Shown here: piece by piece, positions 1 to 9,638 of the stretch
Layout: each line of letters opens with the position of its first letter
Numbering within the stretch: position 1 is the stretch's first letter
IMG/VR virus record: IMGVR_UViG_3300037424_001682
Location: 14,115-78,114 of that record
Source of the DNA: a virus
Lineage: Duplodnaviria; Caudoviricetes
Direction: 5' to 3' (one strand)
DNA: 64,000 nucleotides
Notes under the pieces: model-generated
Seen by the model: the letters and a program-made list of their open reading frames with translations, nothing else
What the model was told of the DNA's origin: nothing
Databases searched by the model: none
Program-made: the position numbers and the translations under genes

Positions 1-2
1 AT

Positions 3-1223
3 CCAAATTCATATTATGAGTTTATTCAAGACGGAATGTTTGTGTTAAGTGTACCTTGTAATAGAAGAAAAGTAATTACTGATCAATTAGGTAATCAAAT
101 AGTTGTTTCTGATGATAGCTCTATTGGTGTTTTTACTGAATTTTTAGGTATGGCAATAATTGAACATGAAGACATATCTATAGATAAAACATATAGTGAA
201 TCATGGATAAAACCTAACTCACCAAATGTAGGAAGAACAAGATTTAAAATTCCTCAACAAAATCATAGTATTCGTGAAGATGAAGATAATTACCCTGATA
301 GAAAAACAGAATCCGAATTATGGAGAAAACAATATTCAAGATTTGAAGGCGGTAAATTTTATAGTGTTTCACAATTATTAATGACAAGAATGCCAAAAAA
401 CGGTGAAATTAATGATCCCGATGATAGTGGTACAATCAATACATTTAAAGAAGAAGGTGGATCATATCAACAATTTTTAGATAGAATTATAGGATCATTT
501 AAAGTGGCTGGTGAAGATTTGGTTTTTCAAAGCGATATTGATTTTATCAATATAATTTCAGGAGGAACGTCTGGTGGTACTTCTGGAAGCACATCACCAT
601 CGTTTGAATATGATTTTCCTTGGACATTTTCAGGAAAAACTATAAACGGAGAACTTAATTCTTTGGGTTATACATCAAAATATTTTGGTGGTCAATGGTT
701 AAACTTATCCATGTATTTTCCTCAAATAAACTGGACTTATGACTATACTTCACCATCAACAGCACGAGATCAAAATACTGGCGATCCTTGGTTACCAGCA
801 TATTATCATGGTAGGAATGGTGAAAATGGCGAATGGTTTACTGTTGGAGGTAGTTTATATCAACCGCTTATTGCTGGCGAATTTAATACATCGTTTTTTT
901 CTAAATCACAATCATTATCTACTGATTTTATTGAAGTACCTAAAGTAGATATTATTTCATTAAATAGTTTTGCAAATAAAGGGGTGTCAAAATATGATTT
1001 ATTTTTAGAATCTCTAAATTTAGATGGTAATTATAAATATAGAATACCAACAGATGGAAATGTTGCAAATAATACCGTTCCAAACAGAAATGAATTAAAT
1101 TCAATTTATTTATCAGCAGCAACAGATATCACTTATGGTATAACTGGTGAAAACCCCAGATTTTTTAAGGGAATGTATAACACAGATTGTATTCAATTAT
1201 TATTAGATTTGAATTTTATATAA
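3..1223 (+). CDS. Probable virion structural protein, 5'-truncated by window edge
   Basis: Frame is open from position 3 (CCA AAT TCA...) upstream of the listed ATG at 36; G/S/T/N-rich composition; co-linear with two similar ORFs; no family recognised. Confidence 0.5.
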   Translation, partial: PNSYYEFIQDGMFVLSVPCNRRKVITDQLGNQIVVSDDSSIGVFTEFLGMAIIEHEDISIDKTYSESWIKPNSPNVGRTRFKIPQQNHSIREDEDNYPDRKTESELWRKQYSRFEGGKFYSVSQLLMTRMPKNGEINDPDDSGTINTFKEEGGSYQQFLDRIIGSFKVAGEDLVFQSDIDFINIISGGTSGGTSGSTSPSFEYDFPWTFSGKTINGELNSLGYTSKYFGGQWLNLSMYFPQINWTYDYTSPSTARDQNTGDPWLPAYYHGRNGENGEWFTVGGSLYQPLIAGEFNTSFFSKSQSLSTDFIEVPKVDIISLNSFANKGVSKYDLFLESLNLDGNYKYRIPTDGNVANNTVPNRNELNSIYLSAATDITYGITGENPRFFKGMYNTDCIQLLLDLNFI

Positions 1224-1224
1224 A

Positions 1225-2403
1225 ATGTCTGACAATAGAAGTTATCAATTAAATGAATTTAAGAATGTTGATGCGGTTAATACTGATTTTAATCAAAAAA
1301 TTCAATTAGAATCTAAACAAGATTTAATAATTGAATATGATATTAAAAATGTTTTAGATGTTGCTGCAACATTTGAAGCAGAAAGACAACAAACCAATAT
1401 TTATCGTATATATGGCAGCATTGAGTATCTTTCTATGCTTAATGGTGTTGATACTGGTTATACCTCATATCTTGATTTTTTTAATTCGTCTACGGGTATA
1501 ACTAAGTCCTTTTTAGATGATTTTAATGTTTATCTTGTAAAACCCTTTGGTTATTATAATAACGTAATTAGTGGACAAACTGGTTTTACTAAATTAGATA
1601 ATAATTTATATATTAAAACGTTCGAAATAATTACAAAGTTAGATAGTTTTGAAATATATAATGCAGGTTATGACGTTAGTTTATTCGATGATCAGAGATA
1701 TGGATTCAATTTTAATGTTGATATTGATTTAACTGAACAATATGATGGTTTATATTTCCCAATAAGTGATTTATATTTCTATGTTGAATATCAACCTAAA
1801 CTAAATGGTGAGGGCGATATGGAAACAATGGAACGTAAAGTTTTTAATATGAGCGGTAACACAATAATTAGTGGTTTTACACCAACATCTTTAAATATAG
1901 GAGATATTTTAGATTGGGGAGACGTTATTGAATATAATAAAGATGAATTTACACAAACAGAGGTTAATACTCAAGAATATTATATCAATACGCCTTGTAA
2001 ATCTGGCACAACAGATATCAATATAAAATGGAAGTATGACCCTTTTGTTCAAATACAAATAAACGTCTTCAATGATGAATTAGAAAGAGTAAATATTACC
2101 GGAACTTCTGTAGAAGAAATTGCCCAAGTTCCAGTATATGCAACACGTGTTGATAATCAAGGTAACGTAGTTTGGAGAAATTTACAAGAAAAAAGTTTTT
2201 TTGATCCATTAACGGAACAAGGCACCGCATTTCCTTTTATAAATCAAAGACATTATGTGTTTGATAACTATATAATTAAAATTGTACCAGATTTAAATGA
2301 TCCAACAACATCTGAAATTTTTAATAATATAAAATTTACTGCTAATGAAATTCTAAGTACACAACCAATAACTAAAGCAATTAATTTTGGTGATCCATGT
2401 TAA
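1225..2403 (+). CDS. Probable virion structural protein (tail/baseplate region)
   Basis: 392 aa ORF tightly coupled to neighbours; SG(T/Y)T motifs shared with other structural ORFs here. Confidence 0.45.
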   Translation: MSDNRSYQLNEFKNVDAVNTDFNQKIQLESKQDLIIEYDIKNVLDVAATFEAERQQTNIYRIYGSIEYLSMLNGVDTGYTSYLDFFNSSTGITKSFLDDFNVYLVKPFGYYNNVISGQTGFTKLDNNLYIKTFEIITKLDSFEIYNAGYDVSLFDDQRYGFNFNVDIDLTEQYDGLYFPISDLYFYVEYQPKLNGEGDMETMERKVFNMSGNTIISGFTPTSLNIGDILDWGDVIEYNKDEFTQTEVNTQEYYINTPCKSGTTDINIKWKYDPFVQIQINVFNDELERVNITGTSVEEIAQVPVYATRVDNQGNVVWRNLQEKSFFDPLTEQGTAFPFINQRHYVFDNYIIKIVPDLNDPTTSEIFNNIKFTANEILSTQPITKAINFGDPC

Positions 2404-3167
2404 CACAAAAATATAAAATACGACCAATACCAACTAAAGATATTATAATTCCAATTGCAATATCTAGCGATAATTCATTAAGTGGGTTACAAGATGATAT
2501 TGAAGATTATGTTGAAAGAGAAACGGGGTTATCAATTAATAGTGCGGATGACGGTGAAAGTTTTAGATATTTACCAACGGGAAACACCACAATGATTTTT
2601 GAATTTTATAGCGGTGGGACATATTATACTGATTTATTTGCTGCTGGTTTTAAAAATTCAGATATAGGATATACAAATCCAATTCTTACAAGTTTTTATT
2701 TATTAACATTATTTGATAGTAGAAATAGAAGCTCACAATTAAAATTAAATAACGGTTTTTTAAACGGATTTAACTTTATTGAATCAAGTGGTAACACCAT
2801 TTATGATATCACAAGTAATAAGGAGTTTTCTAATTTATATATTAGAAACGATTATATTAATACATTAACTGGTCTTACTACCTTATATTTCACATTATCG
2901 TTTTTTAATGGTAAAACAGGTGAAATTCAATTGTTTTTTAATAATGATTTATCTGGAGACACTACAGATAATCGAAATTATTTTGGAATTGTTTTAAATC
3001 CAATTAATAAAACTTTTTCTTGGAGTGGTTCTACAATTAATGCAAGAGAAATAATCAATACAGGATTTACTCAAACATATAATCAAACTGTTGATAAATT
3101 TCAAAATCAAAAACCATTATTTCCTAGTGGAAATGCGTTATCAGGCAATACTTATATTACAATTTAA
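2397..3167 (+). CDS. Probable virion structural protein
   Basis: 256 aa ORF overlapping upstream stop; similar composition. Confidence 0.45.
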   Translation: MLTQKYKIRPIPTKDIIIPIAISSDNSLSGLQDDIEDYVERETGLSINSADDGESFRYLPTGNTTMIFEFYSGGTYYTDLFAAGFKNSDIGYTNPILTSFYLLTLFDSRNRSSQLKLNNGFLNGFNFIESSGNTIYDITSNKEFSNLYIRNDYINTLTGLTTLYFTLSFFNGKTGEIQLFFNNDLSGDTTDNRNYFGIVLNPINKTFSWSGSTINAREIINTGFTQTYNQTVDKFQNQKPLFPSGNALSGNTYITI

Positions 3168-3937
3168 ACGTATATCCCAAATCGTGGAGGTCTGCTTGTT
3201 CTGGTAACAATAAATTCTTTTTCGTCTTGAAGAAATCCAAGAAGTTTTATTTTGTATGATGTTACAAAATATCGATCACCATCAATATTTTCAATCGTAT
3301 TTTCTTCATCCATACTATCAAGCAATATTGGCATGGGATTTCCTTTTATGAAAACATATTCTTGAATTGACGCAAAATTACGTAAAGTTTGTTCATCATA
3401 TTTGTTAATATCTATTTGATATTTACTAAATAATCGAACATCATATGTTAAATCAACGTTTACTGGTTCTGGCATCTTTAATCTTAAATTGATGATTTCA
3501 CCATCTTCTGAAATTGGTACATCAACATATCTAAATACTCTTCCTTGTGCAACACGAGCCTGACCACCAATTCTAGTGCCCTTTTCTTTTCGAGTTCTAC
3601 GTATTGTTATTATGGGAAATATAACGTTTTTATCTCCATCAGAGTATTTCCAAGTTTTTTGAAACTCCCCCCAACGTTCATTACTTAAATAAAATGTTGG
3701 TACTTGTTTACCATCAAGAACCAATTTCATATTACCGTTTTTTACATAATCTAAAATTGCTGTATCTAAATTTTTCAATTCTACAGTTCTCGGTAAATAT
3801 TTGGTTTTTTTATCAGTATCAATCATAAGTTTTTCTATTCGATCCATACCATAATGTAAAAACTTATCTCCAACCTTTGGTGGATTGATGTTGGTATTAT
3901 ATTTAAAGTTAGGATGTTTCTTTTTTGGTAATGCCAT
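3164..3937 (-). CDS. Tail terminator / sheath stabiliser-like protein (T4 gp15-like)
   Basis: FPIITIRRT and EPVNVDLTYDVRLFSKY segments resemble gp15-like tail completion proteins; late motif at 3951-3960. Confidence 0.55.
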   Translation of the reverse strand: MALPKKKHPNFKYNTNINPPKVGDKFLHYGMDRIEKLMIDTDKKTKYLPRTVELKNLDTAILDYVKNGNMKLVLDGKQVPTFYLSNERWGEFQKTWKYSDGDKNVIFPIITIRRTRKEKGTRIGGQARVAQGRVFRYVDVPISEDGEIINLRLKMPEPVNVDLTYDVRLFSKYQIDINKYDEQTLRNFASIQEYVFIKGNPMPILLDSMDEENTIENIDGDRYFVTSYKIKLLGFLQDEKEFIVTRTSRPPRFGIYV

Positions 3938-4011
3938 TTTACGTTTTTTATATAAATACTATTGATTTTAGCTTGTGGGATATAAGTGATAAATTAAATT
4001 AGTAAAAACAC

Positions 4012-4042
4012 TTGACAAATAAAATAAAAAGATTTACTTTTG
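4012..4042 (+). promoter_or_regulatory. Early/host-sigma promoter TTGACA-N17-TACTTTTG
   Basis: TTGACA 4012-4017 and TAnnTTTG 4035-4042 (Bacteroidota -7 element), same 17-nt spacing as five other sites. Confidence 0.75.
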
Positions 4043-4161
4043 TAAAGTCAGTAATAAAACAATAAACATAGGGTTGGGTTCATCCGAATTAACGCTTTTG
4101 AATAGTAGACCATACAGTAGGGATTATTATGCAGAAAACTTGATTTGAAACACTAAACAAA

Positions 4162-4467
4162 ATGAAAGATAAGATAAGAGAAAATGCTAAAAAATACTTC
4201 GATGAAGAATTAAGTGGAGAACCATTATACCAAGATTTAGTAATTGATTGGCTTACTGAATTTGCAAAACAGCAAGTAAAATTATTTGCTATACCTGTTG
4301 TTGTGCGTTCGTTGCCGATTGGTGATGAATTACATAAAACAATAGACGGAAGGTATATTCTCAGATGTATATCTTTTCCAATAGCCGATAAATTTAATAC
4401 TCACCCTGAAAAAGTGACGGACGTAGTTGAGCAGATAATAGAGAATTTGAACAGGGTAAGGAAATGA
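4162..4467 (+). CDS. Hypothetical protein, likely fused across an attC-like right end
   Basis: 101 aa; internal GTTGTGCGT (4300-4308) is complementary to ACGCACAAC just after its stop. Confidence 0.6.
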   Translation: MKDKIRENAKKYFDEELSGEPLYQDLVIDWLTEFAKQQVKLFAIPVVVRSLPIGDELHKTIDGRYILRCISFPIADKFNTHPEKVTDVVEQIIENLNRVRK

Positions 4468-4468
4468 C

Positions 4469-4586
4469 GCACAACGTTGAGTATATGAGGCGTTGCACCA
4501 CAAAAATTAATAAAATGAAACGATTATAATTTTAATATAAATTTAAAAAAGACCACAGAGGCAATGCCTTATATACATTGTTATGT
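4469..4586 (+). other. attC-like recombination site 1
   Basis: GCACAAC-N5-GTATATGAGGCGTTG ... CAATGCCTTATATAC-N3-GTTATGT; imperfect inverted repeat directly between a stop codon and the next ATG. Confidence 0.65.
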
Positions 4587-4599
4587 GGCGTTAATTATT

Positions 4600-5004
4600 A
4601 TGAAAAGATTAGAAAAAATTAAAACAAATGAAACCATTTCTGAAATGTTTTTCAGATTAAAAGAAGAATGCGAACAACCAATTACAAAATTAAATTATAT
4701 TGAATTTTTATATAAAATTTTACCTAAAGGTTCTAATATACCAGAAACAAACTTATATGGCATATTACCTGATGGTAGTAAAATACTTCAATATCCTTCA
4801 TTAAATTCTCAATCTATTCTATTTGGTGAACCTGAAACTTATATTCAAAAATTAGAAGAAATAACCAATAAAGATAATTTTTTATGTTGGTGTAATTATA
4901 ATGATTATACCATATGGTGGAATGATAATAATCTTCAACTTGATATGTCTCCATTTCTATCGTGGGTCGATGTTGATATGAACTTAGAGCCAATTAGAAG
5001 GTAG
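4600..5004 (+). CDS. Hypothetical cassette-like protein
   Basis: Start re-assigned to ATG 4600 (MKRLEK) because the listed start 4564 lies inside the attC-like arm. Confidence 0.6.
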   Translation: MKRLEKIKTNETISEMFFRLKEECEQPITKLNYIEFLYKILPKGSNIPETNLYGILPDGSKILQYPSLNSQSILFGEPETYIQKLEEITNKDNFLCWCNYNDYTIWWNDNNLQLDMSPFLSWVDVDMNLEPIRR

Positions 5005-5017
5005 TCGGTAGTATTGT

Positions 5018-5148
5018 GCCTAACGATTTGTATAAATTTCAGGTTGGGATTAAAGTGTGAAGCCCTATCAACCTGCCAAAATGATGCAAGTAACACGACT
5101 ATTTCAAGTTGCTAACAAGCCCCAACTTGAATTTATACAGGGTTATAG
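5018..5148 (+). other. attC-like recombination site 2
   Basis: GCCTAAC (RYYYAAC)-N5-GTATAAATTTCAGGTTGGG ... CCCAACTTGAATTTATAC-N3-GTTATAG, with one extra-helical T; same geometry as site 1. Confidence 0.7.
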
Positions 5149-5167
5149 GGCGTTTATTTTTATCGAA

Positions 5168-5341
5168 ATGAAAAAATATAAAATTACTTTTCAAAATGGA
5201 GAATCAGTTACAGTAAATGGTAAGTTGATTACGCAATGTGAAGCGACAGGGCAAATTTTTATCTATTTTGAAAATGACCCAACGTGGAAAAATATTTCTG
5301 CGATTGTTCCTGCATCAGCCTGTGTTGTTGTTATTGGCTAA
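5168..5341 (+). CDS. Small hypothetical cassette-like protein (57 aa)
   Basis: Start re-assigned to ATG 5168 (MKKYKITF); listed start 5057 lies inside attC-like site 2. Confidence 0.55.
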   Translation: MKKYKITFQNGESVTVNGKLITQCEATGQIFIYFENDPTWKNISAIVPASACVVVIG

Positions 5342-5570
5342 ATGCCCTATAACTATTATATATAAAAACACATATATAACTAACTGATTATGAATGCAAA
5401 ATCAAAAGCAACTCTCACAAAGATGAAAATTTATATGAGAGTTAAGAATTATTCTCGCTTAGGATCTCGATGAAAAAAGAAAAGAAAGATTTCATAGGAT
5501 TTTCTATGAAGTCGGAACTATTTTACGTATATAATATTATAATATAAATTTATGAAAAAATAGATAGACA

Positions 5571-5897
5571 ATGCTAATCAAAAAAGAAACAAAAGGAGAA
5601 GTTGGTGATCAATTTATTGAAGCAATATTTGAATCATCAAACATATTAATGACTACTTATTTTCCAGAAAAAAATAAACTATATATTCACTTTAATAGAG
5701 GTGGTACATATTCATATACTAATGTAACAGAAAATATTTATAATGCGTTTGAAATGGCAGATTCTCAGGGTAAGTATTTTTTAACCGAAATCAAAAAAAA
5801 TCCTAATAAATATCCATACGCAAAAGAATTCTCTCTTACTAACAGTGAAATCAATAATGCAAAACAAGTAATTAAGGAATATAATGAACGCAATTGA
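5571..5897 (+). CDS. KTSC domain protein
   Basis: SSNI...Y...LYIHFNRGGTYSY.NV...Y..F..ADSQGKYF pattern typical of KTSC. Confidence 0.8.
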   Translation: MLIKKETKGEVGDQFIEAIFESSNILMTTYFPEKNKLYIHFNRGGTYSYTNVTENIYNAFEMADSQGKYFLTEIKKNPNKYPYAKEFSLTNSEINNAKQVIKEYNERN

Positions 5898-6309
5898 TTA
5901 TCAAGCATATATTAATGCCATTAATTTAGCAAAACAAGCATTAAAATTCTATGCATCTTCTGATAGTTATGAAGAAAATATCACATATGGTTATAATCTA
6001 ACTTCTAGAATTGAATTAGATAAAGGTCATCAAGCAAAATATGTACTTGATCTTATAGAAAAGTTAATTAAGGAAGATTATGCTAATATTGAGAAAGAAT
6101 TAAAACAAACATTAAAAGACGAAACATTTTATGCTCAGCAAGAATTTGAAATTAATAAAGCATTAAAATCAATGGTTAGCATTGTTGATGATGTTAAAGA
6201 ACAATATGATGAATTGTTAAATTCTGGATTGTTCTTTGAAAAATTTCCTAACTTATCAGGTGATTGGGAAATAGATAAATATGAATTTACAAACAAAATG
6301 TACAAATAA
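5884..6309 (+). CDS. Hypothetical protein
   Basis: 141 aa ORF overlapping upstream stop. Confidence 0.6.
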   Translation: MNAIDYQAYINAINLAKQALKFYASSDSYEENITYGYNLTSRIELDKGHQAKYVLDLIEKLIKEDYANIEKELKQTLKDETFYAQQEFEINKALKSMVSIVDDVKEQYDELLNSGLFFEKFPNLSGDWEIDKYEFTNKMYK

Positions 6310-6401
6310 AATAGAAATTAAAAAATGAATTGGAAAAATCATGATAATTATCAAATATTCAACCATTAGAATCAAAAACAAATTTACAAAAAATAATAGA
6401 T

Positions 6402-6758
6402 ATGAAGGATAATAAAATAAATAGTTTAAACGAATATCAAGATTTAGCATCTAAAACAGCAATATATCCACATGCTGGTGAAGGTACAATATTAGGTTTA
6501 GCATATACTGCATTAGGGTTGGGTGAGGCAGGTGAAGTGCAAAATAAAGTAAAAAAAATAATTAGAGATGATAATAATATTATTTCTGATCAGAAAAAAA
6601 TGGAAATTGCTAAAGAATTAGGGGGAAATTTATGGTACATTTCTCAATGTGCTAAAGAATTAGGATTTACATTAAGCGAAATTGCTACAATTAACATTAA
6701 CGAATTATATTCTCGTATGGAACGTGGTGTTATCACAGGAAGTGGAGATAATAGATAA
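6402..6758 (+). CDS. mazG: MazG-like nucleotide pyrophosphohydrolase
   Basis: LGLGEAGEVQNKVKK ... KELGGNLWYISQ ... N..EL..R..RG.I.GSGDNR signature. Confidence 0.85.
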   Translation: MKDNKINSLNEYQDLASKTAIYPHAGEGTILGLAYTALGLGEAGEVQNKVKKIIRDDNNIISDQKKMEIAKELGGNLWYISQCAKELGFTLSEIATININELYSRMERGVITGSGDNR

Positions 6759-6877
6759 TAAATAACAATACATATTATGGAAAACATTAAAGAAAAAATA
6801 CAAAAAGCAATTGAAGAAAACTTACCCAAACAAATGATATTAGAAAATAATAAATAATAATAAATTTATTAATTATT

Positions 6878-8473
6878 TTATGCAAAAACTTTGTCTTGCT
6901 TAATATCATAACACTCAACTATATGGCTTTTTATCTTGGATTTTGATAATTTCTTTGGTCTATATAATCCCTTTTCTTTAATCATCAACGATTTCCTTAG
7001 AACATCTAAGACCATCCTATCCTCAATCATTTTAGCTGAATGAGTATCCGCATTGGACTTGTGTCCACATGAGATACATTCAAATTCTTCTTGTACTTTC
7101 CTGTTATCCCTTGTTACACTACCACAACATTCACATGTTTGAGATGTATAATAAGGTTGAACGAAAGTAACTTGTATGTTATTCTTATCCCCAATACTCT
7201 TTACAATATTCTTTATTGAAGATAGATTTAGTAATTTAACCAATCTTGAATATTTAAATCCCTCATATTCATCACTCTTTGTGAATGATTTACCGAACAC
7301 CCCCAAATCTTCAAGTATTAAATGATTAAATCCCTTATCTTTTGTTTGTTTAACTAAGACACTTGATTTCCTTTTAAGCATATCAGTTATCTTAATCTTA
7401 AACTTTGTAAGTTTAATCGTATCTTTTATAGATAATTTACTGTTTTTCTCTTTTCTTGTTTTTTTATCATCAAGCTCTTTTAAAAATTTTACATAATCAT
7501 TAAATAAATCTCTATCATAATCAATAATATTACCATATTTATCAACAAATAAATTATGTTTAACATTAATATCTATACCATAATAATCTGTTTTATATTT
7601 AACTTCATTAATAAATTTTGGTTTTGATAATATAACTCTTATCTTATTTCCTTCAAAACATATTTTATATGAAATTACCCTTTGTCCTTTCTTATTAGGT
7701 TTTTTATAATAATATTTTAAATTACCATGATAATTCCTTGAATATTTTATTGGTATATGAATTTTACCGTCATCTGTTTTTTGTCCTGATAAAGAAATAA
7801 AACAATTATATAGAGATTCTTGGTTTTTATTCTTATTTATTATGTTAATTTTTTGTTCAGTACAAGAAGTAAACGATAATGAAGTAAAGGTTATTGAATG
7901 TTTTGTTAAACTATTTATTATATTATTTTGTTTATTTTTAACTAAATTAAGTAATCTATTTTCATATTTATCAATATAATACAAAACATCATTTCTTAAT
8001 TCTGTATTATTATTTTCTTTAAGATAATCAATTAATTTATCATGATAATATTTAACAAGATAACTAACTACCTTAGTTAATTTAGTTTCTTTAAACACTA
8101 TCTCTTTATCTTTTAAATCACCTTTTTTATTATTTTTTGTATTAACTTTATAATAAGCATATTTTATTTCTTTTTGTATTTTTGATTTACTTTTTTTATT
8201 AAAAGAACTTATTTTATTTTCATAAGCAACGTATGTATCTGATATTGCATTAGAAATATCTTGATTATTACAAGAATTTAATTTACATCTAAAATGATTT
8301 ATCCAATCAAATTTAGATAAGTTAAAGAAATGTATAGGATTATTACAAACTTCAGTAGAAATGTTATTTTTAAAATCTCTTAATTGCAATGCTTTATTAT
8401 ACAAAATATCATATTTACCTATATTTAGGTTATCAGAATAGAAAGAATATGATTTTTGTGTAAGTTGTGGCAT
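6878..8473 (-). CDS. tnpB: TnpB RNA-guided nuclease (IS607-associated)
   Basis: RuvC motifs GIDINV, LILEDL, NADTHSA; zinc finger CECCG...CISCG; YTSQTC. Confidence 0.9.
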   Translation of the reverse strand: MPQLTQKSYSFYSDNLNIGKYDILYNKALQLRDFKNNISTEVCNNPIHFFNLSKFDWINHFRCKLNSCNNQDISNAISDTYVAYENKISSFNKKSKSKIQKEIKYAYYKVNTKNNKKGDLKDKEIVFKETKLTKVVSYLVKYYHDKLIDYLKENNNTELRNDVLYYIDKYENRLLNLVKNKQNNIINSLTKHSITFTSLSFTSCTEQKINIINKNKNQESLYNCFISLSGQKTDDGKIHIPIKYSRNYHGNLKYYYKKPNKKGQRVISYKICFEGNKIRVILSKPKFINEVKYKTDYYGIDINVKHNLFVDKYGNIIDYDRDLFNDYVKFLKELDDKKTRKEKNSKLSIKDTIKLTKFKIKITDMLKRKSSVLVKQTKDKGFNHLILEDLGVFGKSFTKSDEYEGFKYSRLVKLLNLSSIKNIVKSIGDKNNIQVTFVQPYYTSQTCECCGSVTRDNRKVQEEFECISCGHKSNADTHSAKMIEDRMVLDVLRKSLMIKEKGLYRPKKLSKSKIKSHIVECYDIKQDKVFA

Positions 8474-8480
8474 TTTATAG

Positions 8481-9068
8481 TTAATTTGTCAAATTTTTTA
8501 TTAGTTTTTCTGTATTTCTTTTACTTCTTCTATTTCCATATATTCTTGAACAAAATGAGGTAATAATTGAAACAAAATCTTCGATAAGGTCTTCTTTTTC
8601 AGATGTTATGTTATTAACCACTTCAATTTCTTTTCCCAAAACTTCGGTAAACAATTGAAAATAATTAAATCCGAATCTAGTTAATCTATCTTTATGTTCA
8701 ACAACTATCTTACTATATTTATTATCTTTTAATATTTTAGATAATTTCGGTCTTTGGTCGTTAACACCGGATGCAATTTCAATTACTACTTCACCAACCT
8801 TATAGCCTTTTGCATTACAATAATTTATTAATCTTTCTTTTTGTGTTTCAAGATTAGATTTATTTTCAGAAGAAGACACTCTACAATAAATAATAACATA
8901 TTCTTCTTTATGTTCTTTAATACCCAATAATCTATTATATGTTTCAAGAGAAACAAAATTTCTATTTGTCTTAGATTTAATAAATTCGATATCACCTTTC
9001 AAACGCCAGTTATAAATTGTAGCTTTTGTCACGCTCAAGTCTTTAGCTAATTTAGATAGTTTAATCAT
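8481..9068 (-). CDS. tnpA: IS607 serine recombinase TnpA
   Basis: N-terminal MerR-like HTH, YCRVSS, EIASGVN, VVEHKDRLTRFGF, EDLIEDFVSIITSFCSRIYG. Confidence 0.92.
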   Translation of the reverse strand: MIKLSKLAKDLSVTKATIYNWRLKGDIEFIKSKTNRNFVSLETYNRLLGIKEHKEEYVIIYCRVSSSENKSNLETQKERLINYCNAKGYKVGEVVIEIASGVNDQRPKLSKILKDNKYSKIVVEHKDRLTRFGFNYFQLFTEVLGKEIEVVNNITSEKEDLIEDFVSIITSFCSRIYGNRRSKRNTEKLIKNLTN

Positions 9069-9197
9069 AAAAAGTTATTTAAGTATAAATACTAAATTTT
9101 TTAAAAAAAACGTCAAATTTTATTGTTTTTTTATTAATTTTTATTTATCTTTGTATTTAGATTCAATGGTTAAGCAGACGGTAAAAAAACAACCTTA

Positions 9198-9455
9198 ATG
9201 ACAATAATTCTATGGATATTAATTACATTATCTATAATTTCAAATCTTTTTTTAGCTATTGCGTATTTCATCTTAATTAAAAAAGTGACACCATTATCAA
9301 AAAAAGAAAAGGAATTTATTGAATTTGCTGTAAATATGTATATTAAATATGCAGAAGAATTAGAAATTACCTCACCTGAACAGCACGAATATATTGTAAA
9401 AGAATTAGAGAAAATTAAAAAAAGATATTTAAATGAACAGACAGAAAATAATTAA
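9198..9455 (+). CDS. Small membrane protein
   Basis: N-terminal hydrophobic helix; early-type promoter TTGTTT-N17-TATCTTTG at 9123-9153. Confidence 0.55.
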   Translation: MTIILWILITLSIISNLFLAIAYFILIKKVTPLSKKEKEFIEFAVNMYIKYAEELEITSPEQHEYIVKELEKIKKRYLNEQTENN

Positions 9456-9638
9456 TTACTTTCCTGATAAAGAATTTATTTTTATCAATGGTATCATATC
9501 TAATCATATTTAATGTAGACAAATATACAAAACTTTTGACTTTTATTAAAAATAATTTAGTTTTTTTTATGAAAATGTTGAAATTTAATTTTTTTATTAG
9601 TATTTATTATTGGTGGGTATATATACCCAAATTATCAA

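Larger units (their letters stand above)
6878..9068 (-). mobile_element. IS607-family element (serine recombinase TnpA + TnpB); exact ends not determined
   Basis: Adjacent tnpA-tnpB pair inserted antisense into a + strand gene run. Confidence 0.85.

Noticed and set aside
4564-5167. Listed starts at 4564 (MPYIHCYVA) and 5057 (MKPYQPAK)
   Set aside because: Both lie inside attC-like arms; downstream ATGs at 4600 and 5168 fit the cassette layout
5511-5532. ECF-like promoter at GGAACT...CGTATAT
   Set aside because: Only 6 nt between boxes versus 15-16 at the other sites
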